The notes under the pieces are model-generated. The model was not told the origin of the DNA, made no database searches, and saw only the letters and a list, made by a program, of their open reading frames with translations. From an uncultured Bdellovibrio sp. (lineage in GTDB: Bacteria > Bdellovibrionota > Bdellovibrionia > Bdellovibrionales > Bdellovibrionaceae): a stretch of DNA of 64,000 bases. The position numbers and the translations under genes are program-made. The stretch covers positions 256,001-320,000 of the forward strand of contig CAWVRN010000002.1 of NCBI GenBank assembly GCA_963932905.1, written 5' to 3'. Shown piece by piece: positions 48,201 through 58,907 of the stretch (within the stretch, counting starts at the first letter, position 1; every line of letters starts with the position of its first letter).

Positions 48201-49601
48201 GTGAAACTCTTTTTCCGAAGCTTATATTTACTATGTTTTTCAATTGTGACTGCGGTTCTTTTTTTAAACTGCTCGAAAGGGTCGGACTCAAATCCTGGAT
48301 CTGATCCTGCATCTATGGCGACATCAGAATCAATTCATTGGCTTCAGGAATCCACTTACAATTTCCTTGGCGTCAATTATCCAATGAAAATGGGAAAATT
48401 CATTTCGCCCAGCTTACCTCAGAATGTCTATTTCCAATGGATAGAAAACGGCTGTCAAAAAAACTGTCGTACGGTCGTGATTGTAAATCCTTATGGCGGA
48501 ATCGATTGGTCTGATGATGAAGGTGATAAAAAATGGTTACAGCGAAATGGTGCCGCAAACGGGGCGCTTTATGCCGATGAGGAAGGTCCTGGTTTTATTG
48601 CCGGTTCATCTATTGGGACTCTCTATTATAAAAAGCAAACTTCCAGTGAAGCTGCCAGTATGGGTGCCGTATTTTTGCCAAACAAAGTTTCTGTTCTTGT
48701 CGTAAGCCACCGTTTCTATCGAGGTCGCAATTTAAAAAACTATATTGAGGAATTTCAAAAAGTAGTATCATTCTTTGTCGAAAGTGGAACAATTGATCCA
48801 AATCGTATGGCTTTTTTTGGTGCATCACTCGGGGGATTTATTTCTCTTCATTCTGCTTTGGATTTTAAGTATCCCCCTAAAGCATTGGCGTTGTTAACTC
48901 CGCTTATTGATCTAAAAAAACAAGTTCAATTTTTAGATAATCTGCCAACGTTAATTTCAGATTCATCAGTAGTGACAGCGTACGGAGAATTTTTTGATCC
49001 TTATTTGCGCCGAATATTTGATTTTACGGGCGGTCGACCTGCTCAAGTACCTGATGCCTACCAACCCTATACGATAGAAGGTATCGTACCAAGATTAAAA
49101 TCAAAAGCGTTAATACTTCACGATACTTGGGATACTTTGACTCCTGTTTCTGAGGCAATTTCTTTGCAACAGCAATCAAGCGCATACTCCAATATTGTTT
49201 TGTATCAACACGCAAGCCCGATAGTGTGGAATACATTTAAGAAAGATCATTCGCAGACAGGTGAAGGGCTGAATCCTGAAAATACCTGGCCGTGGTACAG
49301 CCTATTTATTTATAGTCAGTTGTTGGATTCAACAGAGACGATTGTTCTTTACTATGACTATTCAAAGTTCACGACATCGCTCATCGATGCTAAATCCGCT
49401 GCTGGTCGATCTCAGGATATATCGTGGCTTAGGAACAGGATGCTTGATTTATGTTCTACACGCGTACGCTTGATCGACTATACTGGACAAATCGGTGAAG
49501 TTACGGGACGATTTTATGTCCAGCAAATTATGCTCAATGTCTGGGGTTATAGCCGTCCAGAAAACTTAATCTGTGACGATTTAAAAACATACACGTTCTA
49601 G
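48201..49601 (+). CDS. Alpha/beta-hydrolase lipoprotein
   Basis: Lipobox FLNC; GASLG nucleophile elbow; downstream Asp (WDTL) and His candidates. Confidence 0.75.
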   Translation: MKLFFRSLYLLCFSIVTAVLFLNCSKGSDSNPGSDPASMATSESIHWLQESTYNFLGVNYPMKMGKFISPSLPQNVYFQWIENGCQKNCRTVVIVNPYGGIDWSDDEGDKKWLQRNGAANGALYADEEGPGFIAGSSIGTLYYKKQTSSEAASMGAVFLPNKVSVLVVSHRFYRGRNLKNYIEEFQKVVSFFVESGTIDPNRMAFFGASLGGFISLHSALDFKYPPKALALLTPLIDLKKQVQFLDNLPTLISDSSVVTAYGEFFDPYLRRIFDFTGGRPAQVPDAYQPYTIEGIVPRLKSKALILHDTWDTLTPVSEAISLQQQSSAYSNIVLYQHASPIVWNTFKKDHSQTGEGLNPENTWPWYSLFIYSQLLDSTETIVLYYDYSKFTTSLIDAKSAAGRSQDISWLRNRMLDLCSTRVRLIDYTGQIGEVTGRFYVQQIMLNVWGYSRPENLICDDLKTYTF

Positions 49602-49727
49602 CATTGCGTTAGTTTTTTTTACTCAGTTTCACTTCTATACAGCGAATATTTTTAAGACGTTTTGGGCCTAAATATTTTTTTAAAAGCTATTCGTTGTGGA
49701 TGAAAACCATTTAAAAGGGTGTGGATT

Positions 49728-49754
49728 TCAAGTCGTAGGTTACAAAACCGAAAA
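49728..49754 (+). promoter_or_regulatory. sigma28-type promoter
   Basis: TCAAGTCG-N11-ACCGAAAA. Confidence 0.5.
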
Positions 49755-49792
49755 ATAAGTACGCGGTTTTTTTACGATAGGAGGGCCCTTAA

Positions 49793-50260
49793 ATGCAGTC
49801 CAATAATCAACCTTATAGATTACCGTTCCAAACGAAAATCGTCTTCGGTTTCGTCCTTCTTTTAACTGTGGCATTGATATCTAAGTGGGCTTTTTATTCT
49901 TTTGTCCATGTTCATCAGCCGTCTCAAAATGAGCAACAGTTATCGGGTATAAAAAGCCAGGTGGCAGAGATCTGTTTGAAAGAAGAATCCAAAAGTATTA
50001 AATCGACTTCAGAAGCGAATGAAGACGATCAAGATTGGATTAATTTTAAAGCGCCAGAGTATTGTAAGTGTTTATCGAGTCGTTTGGTTTCTTACTGGGG
50101 CGAAAAATCTAAAATAGACCAAATAAATAAGATCAGTCGTGATGAGGTCACTGAATATATAACGACTCAGTTAAAAGGCGAAGAATCTAAAGGTTTCGTT
50201 GATTTTTGTTTATCGAAAGCTCAGAAAGTTTCATCTAAGAAAACAGCGAGTGCACAATAG
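49793..50260 (+). CDS. Membrane-anchored Cys-containing hypothetical protein
   Basis: One TM; C, YCKC, C pattern; GGAGG SD. Confidence 0.75.
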   Translation: MQSNNQPYRLPFQTKIVFGFVLLLTVALISKWAFYSFVHVHQPSQNEQQLSGIKSQVAEICLKEESKSIKSTSEANEDDQDWINFKAPEYCKCLSSRLVSYWGEKSKIDQINKISRDEVTEYITTQLKGEESKGFVDFCLSKAQKVSSKKTASAQ

Positions 50261-50265
50261 GCGGA

Positions 50266-50835
50266 CTAGTCAGTTTCCCAGCCAACAACACGTCCACCTT
50301 CGAAATAAACAACACGTTTTTCTTGTTTAAAACCGTCCGAGGTGGATACTGTGCGCAGGTAACGCCACTTTTCATTTTTATAAAGTGCATTTCCTGACGA
50401 TTCTATATTTTGTGGATCTCCCCAACTTTTCTTGACAAGGTCGTTGGGCATTCCGATGGCGATATCCTGATTGTCGATGACTCGTTTGTATTTGTTGGCC
50501 AGTTCAGTGGGGCGATTCAGAATACGAGTTTTCATTACCCATTTTTGTTTATCTTCGTAGTCCGTGTTTCTTAGAAAACTAAGTTGTTCTTCTTCAGATG
50601 CAAACCATGGAAGTAATTTCGAGTATAAAGATTTATCTTGCTGAGTGATCAGATTTTTTTCTAAATCGCGAATTTTATTTTTGTACATGCCCGGAGTTTG
50701 CGTCGATGATCCACCAGACGCACTGTCGGGATCAGAATTTTCCATGTGTTGACGGCGCTCGATTTGAGCACAACCAGAAACTAGACCAATCACGGTCACT
50801 GCATACATTAATTTGGTAAAAATATATTTAGTCAT
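50266..50835 (-). CDS. Lipoprotein with BamE/SmpA-like C-terminal domain
   Basis: Lipobox VSGC; IGMP..VKKSWGDP..EKWRY..VYFEGGRVVGW. Confidence 0.7.
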   Translation of the reverse strand: MTKYIFTKLMYAVTVIGLVSGCAQIERRQHMENSDPDSASGGSSTQTPGMYKNKIRDLEKNLITQQDKSLYSKLLPWFASEEEQLSFLRNTDYEDKQKWVMKTRILNRPTELANKYKRVIDNQDIAIGMPNDLVKKSWGDPQNIESSGNALYKNEKWRYLRTVSTSDGFKQEKRVVYFEGGRVVGWETD

Positions 50836-50903
50836 GCTTTCATTCTAGCTCAGCTATCAAAAAACTTGCAGACTAGAGTTTGATTCTCGTACAATGGTCA
50901 AGA

Positions 50904-51812
50904 ATGAGTGATTCAAAACCGGATGACAAAGACCAGGCGTTGGCTGATGCGCGAGACAAAGTCTCGACTGATCTGCTGGATAAAGCCATCCAAGACAATA
51001 GTCCAGAGTTCCTACAAGAACTAGAAGCTATATCAGAAATTGGAAATGAAAATCTAGATATCGAACTGGTAGATCTTGATCTAATCATGGAGCAACAGCG
51101 GGCGAATAGTTTAAAAGCCCGAGCTAATAGATTAGTGAGTCATTTGAATCAATTAGCTATAAAAATATTTTACTTTGTTAAAGCCAGTTTGCTTACGTTT
51201 GCTAAGGAAACAGCACCTTACTATCTGAAGAAGTTACTAGCTCTACTAAAGTCTGGCGGCCAAAGTCTAGGTCATCAGCTTGGCAAAATTAAAACGTTCA
51301 GCAAAGTACAAAAGATTGTTTTGGTTTTAATTATCGCCGGGGTGGTCGGTTTAGGCTTTACCATTTTTAAAATTGCAACCAGCGGCTTGATCAAAGATGA
51401 CGAAAAACTTTTTGTGCACTCGATGGAAGAACTTGCAGCACAGAAGTTTATCTACGATACCGGTGACGTGGAAGATTTCTATAATTCCCCGCGCGTAAGC
51501 CAGAACATCATGTCGCTACGTCGTATTGTTGTTAATATTCAAAGATCTAAAAATTCGGGGACTAATCCCATGGGTGCGTTTGAATTATATATCCAGGGAA
51601 ATTCTTCGGATGTGATGGTCGAAATTACTGACCGCGAAGCCGAATTGTTAGATCGTATTCAAAGCCAAATTCGCGCGTTTTCCTATGACGAATTAGATAC
51701 TGTTGAAGGCAAACGACGTATGTTAGATAAAATCATCCGTGATTTGAATGAGGACCTTACCAAAGGTAAGGTCACTCAAATTTATTTTAAAAACTTTGTA
51801 TTGAAAAAATAA
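50904..51812 (+). CDS. fliL: FliL-family flagellar basal body-associated protein with long N-terminal extension
   Basis: TM followed by IVVNI...ELDTVEGK...GKVTQIYFKNFV. Confidence 0.78.
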   Translation: MSDSKPDDKDQALADARDKVSTDLLDKAIQDNSPEFLQELEAISEIGNENLDIELVDLDLIMEQQRANSLKARANRLVSHLNQLAIKIFYFVKASLLTFAKETAPYYLKKLLALLKSGGQSLGHQLGKIKTFSKVQKIVLVLIIAGVVGLGFTIFKIATSGLIKDDEKLFVHSMEELAAQKFIYDTGDVEDFYNSPRVSQNIMSLRRIVVNIQRSKNSGTNPMGAFELYIQGNSSDVMVEITDREAELLDRIQSQIRAFSYDELDTVEGKRRMLDKIIRDLNEDLTKGKVTQIYFKNFVLKK

Positions 51813-53063
51813 TTACGCTGGTTTCTGTTTAAAATTCATTACATCAATATCGTAATACTTCAGTCGATCGTGTAATGTACTTTTCGGCATCCCTAATTCT
51901 AAAGCCGTTAATTTTTGATTTCCTTTATTGGCCGTTAGGCGCTTGATAATCATTTGCTTTTCAATTTCCTTAATAATCGGTAACTGTTGCCCAGTGCGGG
52001 GATTAACCATATCACTTTCTAATGACGATTCTGAAACATCTTTATCCAACAATCTGCCAATGTGTCCTTCCGTAATTATCTCGTGCGGGTAAAGCGCGCT
52101 ACAGCGGGCCACTAAATTTTTTAACTCACGAATATTTCCTGGCCAGTTGTATTTTTTCAATTCAGTGATAGCCGCGAAGGAAAAACGGACGCGAAAGTGT
52201 TTGCAGAATTCACCAAGTAACGTATCGAAATCTTCCATGCGATGGATTAAATCAGGCGGAGAAATCTGAATCACATTCAAGCGATAGTATAAATCTAAAC
52301 GAAATGTTCCTTGGCGAATATTTTCAGAAAGATTCTTGTGTGTCGCCGCCATAATGCGAACATCTGTTTGGATCGTGCGATCGGAACCAACCGGGCGGAT
52401 TTCACTATTTTCAAGTGCACGCAGTAGTTTCGCTTGGATTGAATAGGGCAGGTCACCAATTTCATCTAAAAACAGTGTTCCACCACGTGCTGATTCAAAT
52501 GCTCCTTTGCGATCAGAAACTGCCCCAGTAAAACTGCCTTTTACGTGACCGAATAGTTCTGATTCTACCAGTGTTTCCGTCAACGCCGAACAGTTTACAC
52601 AAACGAGTGGGCCTTCGCTGCGTCGGGAACTTTGGTGAATGGCTTTGGCAATGACTTCTTTACCTGTTCCCGAGGATCCAAGCATCAAAATGGGGAAGTC
52701 GGATCGAGAGCCATAGACTAAACTGTTCAATTCTTCGTTCCAGATATGGTTTTTGCTAGTCAAGGGAAACTGCGTTTTTTCTTCGGGGGTTACGATTTGA
52801 AATTCGAGGTCGCCGACAGTGATAATATCATTGTAATTAAGCACGGTTTCGGTGATAGCTTCGCCATTTACGAAGGTGCCTTGTTGGCTTCGCATATCTT
52901 TTGCAAATAAGCGCCCGTCGCGAAATTCAAAGCGGACGTGGCGTTCGCTGACGTCCGCCGAGTTAACTGGGTATTGACAGTTTTTATCTGTTCCTAAGGT
53001 CATAAAGTCAGAAATCGCGACGGCAATGCCTTGGGTGGAAAGAGGCTTAATAAGATAGTTCAT
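51813..53063 (-). CDS. FHA-domain sigma54-dependent transcriptional activator
   Basis: FHA (VSERH, GTFVNG), [31 protein letters not shown]-terminal Fis-type HTH. Confidence 0.9.
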   Translation of the reverse strand: MNYLIKPLSTQGIAVAISDFMTLGTDKNCQYPVNSADVSERHVRFEFRDGRLFAKDMRSQQGTFVNGEAITETVLNYNDIITVGDLEFQIVTPEEKTQFPLTSKNHIWNEELNSLVYGSRSDFPILMLGSSGTGKEVIAKAIHQSSRRSEGPLVCVNCSALTETLVESELFGHVKGSFTGAVSDRKGAFESARGGTLFLDEIGDLPYSIQAKLLRALENSEIRPVGSDRTIQTDVRIMAATHKNLSENIRQGTFRLDLYYRLNVIQISPPDLIHRMEDFDTLLGEFCKHFRVRFSFAAITELKKYNWPGNIRELKNLVARCSALYPHEIITEGHIGRLLDKDVSESSLESDMVNPRTGQQLPIIKEIEKQMIIKRLTANKGNQKLTALELGMPKSTLHDRLKYYDIDVMNFKQKPA

Positions 53064-53209
53064 TTGAATCTCCTTTGTTTCTGGTGGTTAGTTACAAAGG
53101 AAGCGCCAGGTTTGAGTGGTCTCTAGAGTGAGTCATTTCGAATAGAACCTTTTTACCAATTTCGATTCTAAGACTTGAGAAATACGAAGGTCCTTGATAC
53201 AGCTAATGC

Positions 53210-53782
53210 ATGACTTTTGTTAAATACATCAAGAGCTGCACGTTAGCGAAGGATTACCCAAAAACGGGGCAACCTGAAGTCGCCTTCGTCGGACGCTCAA
53301 ATGCCGGTAAATCGTCGTTAATCAACACTATCTCGAATCAAAAAATTGCCAACGTCAGCGGTACGCCTGGAAAAACGCGTTTGCTGAGTTTTTTTGATTT
53401 TAATAACGAATTCGTTCTGGTGGATATGCCAGGTTATGGATTTGCGGCTCGCAGTCATGAAGAACAGGACGACTGGAAAGTCATGATCGAAAGTTACCTA
53501 AGCACGGCTGAAAAACTGAAAGCGATCGTGCTAGTGATGGATATTCGCCGTTCTTGGAGCGAAGACGAAAAAATGATTCAAGAGTTTTCAGAGCATATTG
53601 GCGTTCCCTTAATTGTGGCGCTAACTAAAGCCGATAAACTATCACGTTCGCAAATTATGAAGCGAATGGACGAATTTAATGAAGATATTCAGCTAAAATA
53701 TAAATACCCTATATCGTCGCTTAAAAAAGACGGCGTTGATGATTTAAAGAAACAGCTGTATAAATTTATAAATAGGAAGTGA
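53210..53782 (+). CDS. engB: Ribosome biogenesis GTPase EngB (YihA/YsxC)
   Basis: GRSNAGKSS, TPGKT, DMPGYG, TKADK. Confidence 0.93.
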   Translation: MTFVKYIKSCTLAKDYPKTGQPEVAFVGRSNAGKSSLINTISNQKIANVSGTPGKTRLLSFFDFNNEFVLVDMPGYGFAARSHEEQDDWKVMIESYLSTAEKLKAIVLVMDIRRSWSEDEKMIQEFSEHIGVPLIVALTKADKLSRSQIMKRMDEFNEDIQLKYKYPISSLKKDGVDDLKKQLYKFINRK

Positions 53783-53792
53783 GATACTAAAT

Positions 53793-54545
53793 ATGCTACG
53801 AATTGGGGTTATTCCTTCACGATTGAAAGCCACTCGGTTTCCCGATAAACCCCTAGCCAAAATAGCCGGCAAATCCTTAGTCCAAAGGGTCGTAGAACGT
53901 ACTCTTAAAAGCCAAAAATTAGATAAAGTCATACTAGCGACCGATAGCCAAGCTATTGCTGATGAAGTAAACGGGTTAAATTGTCAGGTTGTATTCACGG
54001 ATCCTAATTTACCCTCGGGAACGGACCGGGTTCATGCGGCTGTTCAGGGTTTAAATCCTGATATCGTGATCAATATTCAAGGCGATGAGCCTTTGATTAA
54101 CCCAGAAGTGATCGATCAGTTAGTAAGCGCTTTAGAACAGGATTCGGCACTTGATTTAGTAACTTTGGGGCAAGATTTTAAGTCGGCTGAAGAGTTTCAA
54201 TCTCCTAACAATGTCAAAGTTATTTTGAATGATAAATCCCAGGCCATTTATTTTAGCCGTTTTCCGATTCCTTACTCTAGAACAGAAATTACAGATGAAT
54301 TGTTTCCCAGTCCCGTTGTTCTCAAACATATTGGCCTATACGGCTTTCGTAACACTTTTTTGCAGACTTTTTGTCAAACCCCGGTGTCAATTTTAGAGAA
54401 AAGCGAGTCTCTTGAGCAGCTCAGGGCGATGAGTCTAGGTGCCAAAATAAAGGTCATCAAAACCCATCATTTTTTTCAAGGAGTCGACGTTCCAGAGGAT
54501 ATACAAAAAGTTGAAAATTGGATAAAATTAAATCATGAAAAATAG
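53793..54545 (+). CDS. kdsB: 3-deoxy-manno-octulosonate cytidylyltransferase
   Basis: IPSRLKATRFPDKPL, SGTDR, NIQGDEP, HIGLY, ESLEQLR. Confidence 0.95.
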   Translation: MLRIGVIPSRLKATRFPDKPLAKIAGKSLVQRVVERTLKSQKLDKVILATDSQAIADEVNGLNCQVVFTDPNLPSGTDRVHAAVQGLNPDIVINIQGDEPLINPEVIDQLVSALEQDSALDLVTLGQDFKSAEEFQSPNNVKVILNDKSQAIYFSRFPIPYSRTEITDELFPSPVVLKHIGLYGFRNTFLQTFCQTPVSILEKSESLEQLRAMSLGAKIKVIKTHHFFQGVDVPEDIQKVENWIKLNHEK

Positions 54546-56289
54546 CCAACTTCGCATCTCGACAAAAAAATCAGTTAAAAAACCTATGAAACAAAAATAC
54601 ATCTTCGTAACGGGCGGTGTGGTCTCTTCCATCGGTAAGGGATTAGCAGCAGCCAGTTTAGGTGCTTTGCTGGAAGCCAAAGGTATGAAAGTTACGATTA
54701 TGAAAATGGACCCGTACATCAATGTCGATCCAGGAACAATGTCGCCGTTTCAGCATGGGGAAGTGTACGTAACCGAAGATGGCGCAGAAACGGATTTAGA
54801 TTTAGGTCACTACGAGCGTTTCACATCATCGATCATGACTCGCGCGAACTCCGTTTCTACGGGCCAAATTTACGATACAGTTATTCAACGTGAACGTCGC
54901 GGTGATTTCTTGGGTGGTACGGTTCAGGTTATTCCCCATATCACGGATGAAATTAAACAGCGTGTGTATCACTGTGCTCAAGGTAACGAAGTTATCATCG
55001 TTGAAATCGGTGGAACTGTCGGTGACATCGAAAGCTTGCCATTCCTGGAAGCTGTTCGTCAGTTACGTACAGAGTTAGGACCAGATGGTTCGGTATTAAT
55101 TCACGTAACCTACGTTCCTTATATCGCGGCAGCTGGGGAACTGAAAAGTAAGCCTACTCAGCACTCAGTAAAAGAACTTCAGCAAATCGGTATGCAGCCT
55201 GATTTCCTAATTTGCCGATCTGAAAAAGCGATTGATTATAGTTTAAAGAAAAAAATCGGTTTGTTCTGTTCATTGCCGCCAGAGAGCGTGATTGCCGCAC
55301 AGGATTCTTCGACAATTTACGAAGTTCCCATGCGCTTGCATCAAGAAAAACTGGATGATTTAGTTCTTAAGAAATTAAATTTAAAAGCATCACGTTTTGA
55401 TTTTTCGGGCTGGCAGCAAATCGTCTCTTCAGTAAAATCTCCAAAGTACAAAACGACAATTGCGGTTGTGGGTAAATATGTTGATTTGAAAGAATCATAC
55501 AAATCATTGCATGAATCGATCATTCACGGTGGTATTGCCAACGATTCATCGGTTGAAATTGTTTACGTGGATTCAGAAAAGCTAAATGAAAAAAATGTTC
55601 ATCATCATTTAACTGGTGTTAATGGCGTCCTTGTCCCAGGGGGATTCGGTGCCCGCGGTGTTGAAGGTAAACTGGCCGCGATTAAATACGCTCGAGAAAA
55701 CTCGATTCCTTATTTTGGAATTTGTTTCGGTATGCAATTAGCAACGATTGAATTTGCACGAAACGTTTGCGGTATCAAAGACGCAACGTCACGGGAATTC
55801 GTTGATGAAAAAGAACGTAAGGGACAATTCGTTATTGATTTCATGACTGAACAAAAACACCTAATGCAAAAAGGTGGGACTATGCGCCTGGGATCATTCC
55901 CATGCGATATTGCTAAGGGCACAAAAGCGTATGAAGTGTATAAAAGCGAGAAAATTTTTGAACGCCATCGTCATCGTTATGAATTCAACAATCAATTTAA
56001 AGATTTGTTAGAGAAAAAAGGATTACGTGCGTCTGGTATTTGTAAAGAACGTAATCTTGTTGAAATCATTGAATTGCCAGATCATCCCTGGTTTGTAGCC
56101 GTTCAGTTTCATCCAGAATTTAAATCGACGCCACTTAAGCCTCACCCTTTGTTCCGTAGCTTTATTGAAGCCACATTGGGTAAGAAAGCTAAGAAATCGG
56201 CGTTTACTGCTAAAACGAATGTTAAATCATCAAACGTTAAGGCTAACTTGAAAATGAAAGAGAAAGTTAATGCAAGAACGCATTCTTGA
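54535..56289 (+). CDS. pyrG: CTP synthase
   Basis: FVTGGVVSSIGKG, DPYINVDPGTMSP, GICFG, QFHPEF; alternative start 54586. Confidence 0.97.
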   Translation: MKNSQLRISTKKSVKKPMKQKYIFVTGGVVSSIGKGLAAASLGALLEAKGMKVTIMKMDPYINVDPGTMSPFQHGEVYVTEDGAETDLDLGHYERFTSSIMTRANSVSTGQIYDTVIQRERRGDFLGGTVQVIPHITDEIKQRVYHCAQGNEVIIVEIGGTVGDIESLPFLEAVRQLRTELGPDGSVLIHVTYVPYIAAAGELKSKPTQHSVKELQQIGMQPDFLICRSEKAIDYSLKKKIGLFCSLPPESVIAAQDSSTIYEVPMRLHQEKLDDLVLKKLNLKASRFDFSGWQQIVSSVKSPKYKTTIAVVGKYVDLKESYKSLHESIIHGGIANDSSVEIVYVDSEKLNEKNVHHHLTGVNGVLVPGGFGARGVEGKLAAIKYARENSIPYFGICFGMQLATIEFARNVCGIKDATSREFVDEKERKGQFVIDFMTEQKHLMQKGGTMRLGSFPCDIAKGTKAYEVYKSEKIFERHRHRYEFNNQFKDLLEKKGLRASGICKERNLVEIIELPDHPWFVAVQFHPEFKSTPLKPHPLFRSFIEATLGKKAKKSAFTAKTNVKSSNVKANLKMKEKVNARTHS

Positions 56290-57253
56290 TTTAGCAAAGT
56301 CCGTATTAGAAATCGAATCCAAAGCTATCATCGACAGCGTCCGCTATCTAAATGCGGACTTTGTAAAGGCGGCGGAGTGGATTTTCCAATGCAAAGGTAA
56401 ACTCGTTGTGACGGGTATTGGTAAATCAGGCCAGATCGCACGAAAGATAGCGTCTACGTTTTCCTCAACGGGAACGCCTGCAATTTATTTGCACCCAGCT
56501 GAAAGCTCACACGGTGATTTAGGTATAGTTTCGGAAAATGATATCGTTTTGGCCATGTCCTACGGTGGAGAAAGCTACGAATTAAATACCATAATGACTT
56601 ATGTAGCTCGCAAAGGGATCAAGCTGATCGCCATGACTGGAAATTTGAATAGTTCGTTAGCCAAAGCAGCTCAGGCCGTGATTTCTGTTCGGGTTGAAAA
56701 AGAAGCCTGTCCTTTGCAGTTGGCACCAACGGCTTCAACGACGACGACATTGGCTATGGGTGATGCTTTAGCGATGTCTGTATTGATGCTTAAAGGGTTC
56801 ACTACTGAAGACTTTGCTCAATATCATCCTGGTGGTAGTTTAGGTTTTAAATTATTAACTCGCGTGAAAGATATTATGCACGTCGGTGATGGGCTTCCTA
56901 TCGTTAATCTGGACACTGAAATTAAGTCAGTTCTTTCTATCATGACTCATCGAGATGTTCGCGGGTGTGCGGGCGTTGTTGATGCTAAAGGTGATTTAAC
57001 AGGTGTGGTAACAGACGGTGATATTCGTCGACGTCTAGAAAAAAATCAAAATCCTCTCGATGGACAAGCGAAAGATTTGATGACGTTAAATCCACGCACT
57101 ATCGATGCCTCAGAACTGGCTGAGAAAGCGCTTTTCATGATGGAAGAGTTTCGTATTCAAATGTTATTTGTTCTTGATAAAAGTTCTGCAAATCCAAGAA
57201 AACCGATCGGTTTGCTGCACCTTCAAGATTTGATCAAAGCTAAAATTAAATAG
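56270..57253 (+). CDS. kdsD: Arabinose-5-phosphate isomerase (SIS + CBS)
   Basis: TGIGKSG, HGDLG, APTASTT, HPGGSLG, CBS pair. Confidence 0.93.
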   Translation: MQERILDLAKSVLEIESKAIIDSVRYLNADFVKAAEWIFQCKGKLVVTGIGKSGQIARKIASTFSSTGTPAIYLHPAESSHGDLGIVSENDIVLAMSYGGESYELNTIMTYVARKGIKLIAMTGNLNSSLAKAAQAVISVRVEKEACPLQLAPTASTTTTLAMGDALAMSVLMLKGFTTEDFAQYHPGGSLGFKLLTRVKDIMHVGDGLPIVNLDTEIKSVLSIMTHRDVRGCAGVVDAKGDLTGVVTDGDIRRRLEKNQNPLDGQAKDLMTLNPRTIDASELAEKALFMMEEFRIQMLFVLDKSSANPRKPIGLLHLQDLIKAKIK

Positions 57254-57296
57254 AATTCGATATTGTTTTAAAAGAGATCCCTATCGACCACACTTT

Positions 57297-57305
57297 GGGG
57301 GGGGG
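57297..57305 (+). repeat. G9 homopolymer
   Basis: Nine consecutive G, 6 nt upstream of a short ATG ORF (57312-57338). Confidence 0.8.
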
Positions 57306-57635
57306 CTTCTAATGAAATATTTTGTTTTAGCTCCTTGATTAAGGAATTTCAGACGTTTTAGTAAAGCAAAACTATTTTCAGTTACCTAACTAGTTTCTAT
57401 TTTTTTATTATATTTATTAATGTAATCCTGATGTTCATCCATCGGGTTTTTTATTTTCAGAGCCTATGTTGCCGAATTTTCTCTAGCGATAAGTCTAGTG
57501 TCTGAATAATTTGCCTAACTAATTGGTCGAGTAGCTAGACCATTATCAAAGGGATTTGTTGCCCTCATGTGCTAATTTTTTCACAATAAAACTAATAAGT
57601 TGGAAAAATTTAGGACATAACGAGGAATCACGCGC

Positions 57636-58145
57636 GTGTTAGAAATTCATAAAAAAATGAGTTCAATTAAACTCTTAGCTTTTGATGTCGACGGTGTATT
57701 GACCGACAATCACGTTTGGATGAACGAAGTAGGTCAATGGCGCCGAATGTTCTCGGTGCGTGACGGATATGGAATTCAGATGCTGCGTGAGAATGGTTAT
57801 CAAATGGCTTTCATCACAGGCAGTTTTAGTGATGATGTGCGTGAGCGAGCGCGTGTCCTTAAAATGAATTTCTTCTACGAAGGCAGCTTAGACAAATTGC
57901 CAGCGTACGAAGACATCAAATCAAAAACAGGCCTAAAAGATTCCGAAATTCTATATATGGGAGACGACTTGTTCGATCTTCCTTTGATCGAACGTGCTGG
58001 CGCGGGAATTACCGTACCCGAAGCCGTTGATAAAATTAAATTACAAGCTGACTACGTCACGACTCAGAGTGGTGGCAAAGGGGCAGTTCGCGAAATCTGT
58101 GAAATGGTACTAGCGCATGGATTTTATAGAGGGAAGTTAGCATGA
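57636..58145 (+). CDS. kdsC: KDO-8-phosphate phosphatase (HAD)
   Basis: FDVDGVLTD, RDGYG, YMGDDLFD, GGKGAVRE. Confidence 0.93.
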   Translation: MLEIHKKMSSIKLLAFDVDGVLTDNHVWMNEVGQWRRMFSVRDGYGIQMLRENGYQMAFITGSFSDDVRERARVLKMNFFYEGSLDKLPAYEDIKSKTGLKDSEILYMGDDLFDLPLIERAGAGITVPEAVDKIKLQADYVTTQSGGKGAVREICEMVLAHGFYRGKLA

Positions 58146-58891
58146 GAAAAATATTTTGTTATTTAGCCGCATTGCTGATGTTAAGCACGACGGCCTATCC
58201 AAAAGAAATGATTCAGTTACCGACCGAAGAACTTGCCAGAGAAAGCGTAACGCCAGTATTTGATATTAATGATTCTGTTCGTAATAGAAATATCGTAACT
58301 AAAGAAAAATTTGAAGGCGCGATTTTCTATGGCTGGGCACTGACTGAACCTATCGCAAACGTTAGTAAATTAGGCGTATCTGGATACTATCACCGCAATG
58401 AAGACGATGCCTACGGTTTGATTTTTATGAAGAATTTTGCCGGCGTTTCACACTACGCGAAACAATTGAATGAACAGTACAAACTTGATTTTACTCGCGC
58501 ACCAATGCCAGAGGCTAGCTTAATGTTTGATTACAACATAAAGGCGTTCTATGGAAAAATGAGTATTTCAAAAAATACTGTAACTAACTATCACTTCTTT
58601 GGTTCATTAGCTGGTGGAATGATCAAATACCAAAATAAAACCTATCCCGCAATTGCGACGGGATTAGGTCAGAAGTTTTACTATGATAAAAACTTGTCGT
58701 TCCGTTTTGATTTCAGAGTGTTTTTTAACCAGGCACCGATTCCATTTTTAAAGTGCGAGCCAGGAAAGCATGAGGGTATTAAGAATTCGACAACGGATTC
58801 GTGTAATGAGGCCGCTCCTAGCTATTCAGATTTCTCGGAACGATTAACGATTACGTCAGTTATTGATATTGGTGTGAGTTACTTATTTTAG
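58142..58891 (+). CDS. Outer-membrane beta-barrel, gliding-motility GltA/B-like
   Basis: Signal peptide, FYGKMS, GLGQKFY, terminal GVSYLF; tandem paralogue follows. Confidence 0.7.
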   Translation: MRKIFCYLAALLMLSTTAYPKEMIQLPTEELARESVTPVFDINDSVRNRNIVTKEKFEGAIFYGWALTEPIANVSKLGVSGYYHRNEDDAYGLIFMKNFAGVSHYAKQLNEQYKLDFTRAPMPEASLMFDYNIKAFYGKMSISKNTVTNYHFFGSLAGGMIKYQNKTYPAIATGLGQKFYYDKNLSFRFDFRVFFNQAPIPFLKCEPGKHEGIKNSTTDSCNEAAPSYSDFSERLTITSVIDIGVSYLF

Positions 58892-58907
58892 GACTAGGTG
58901 AAAAGAA

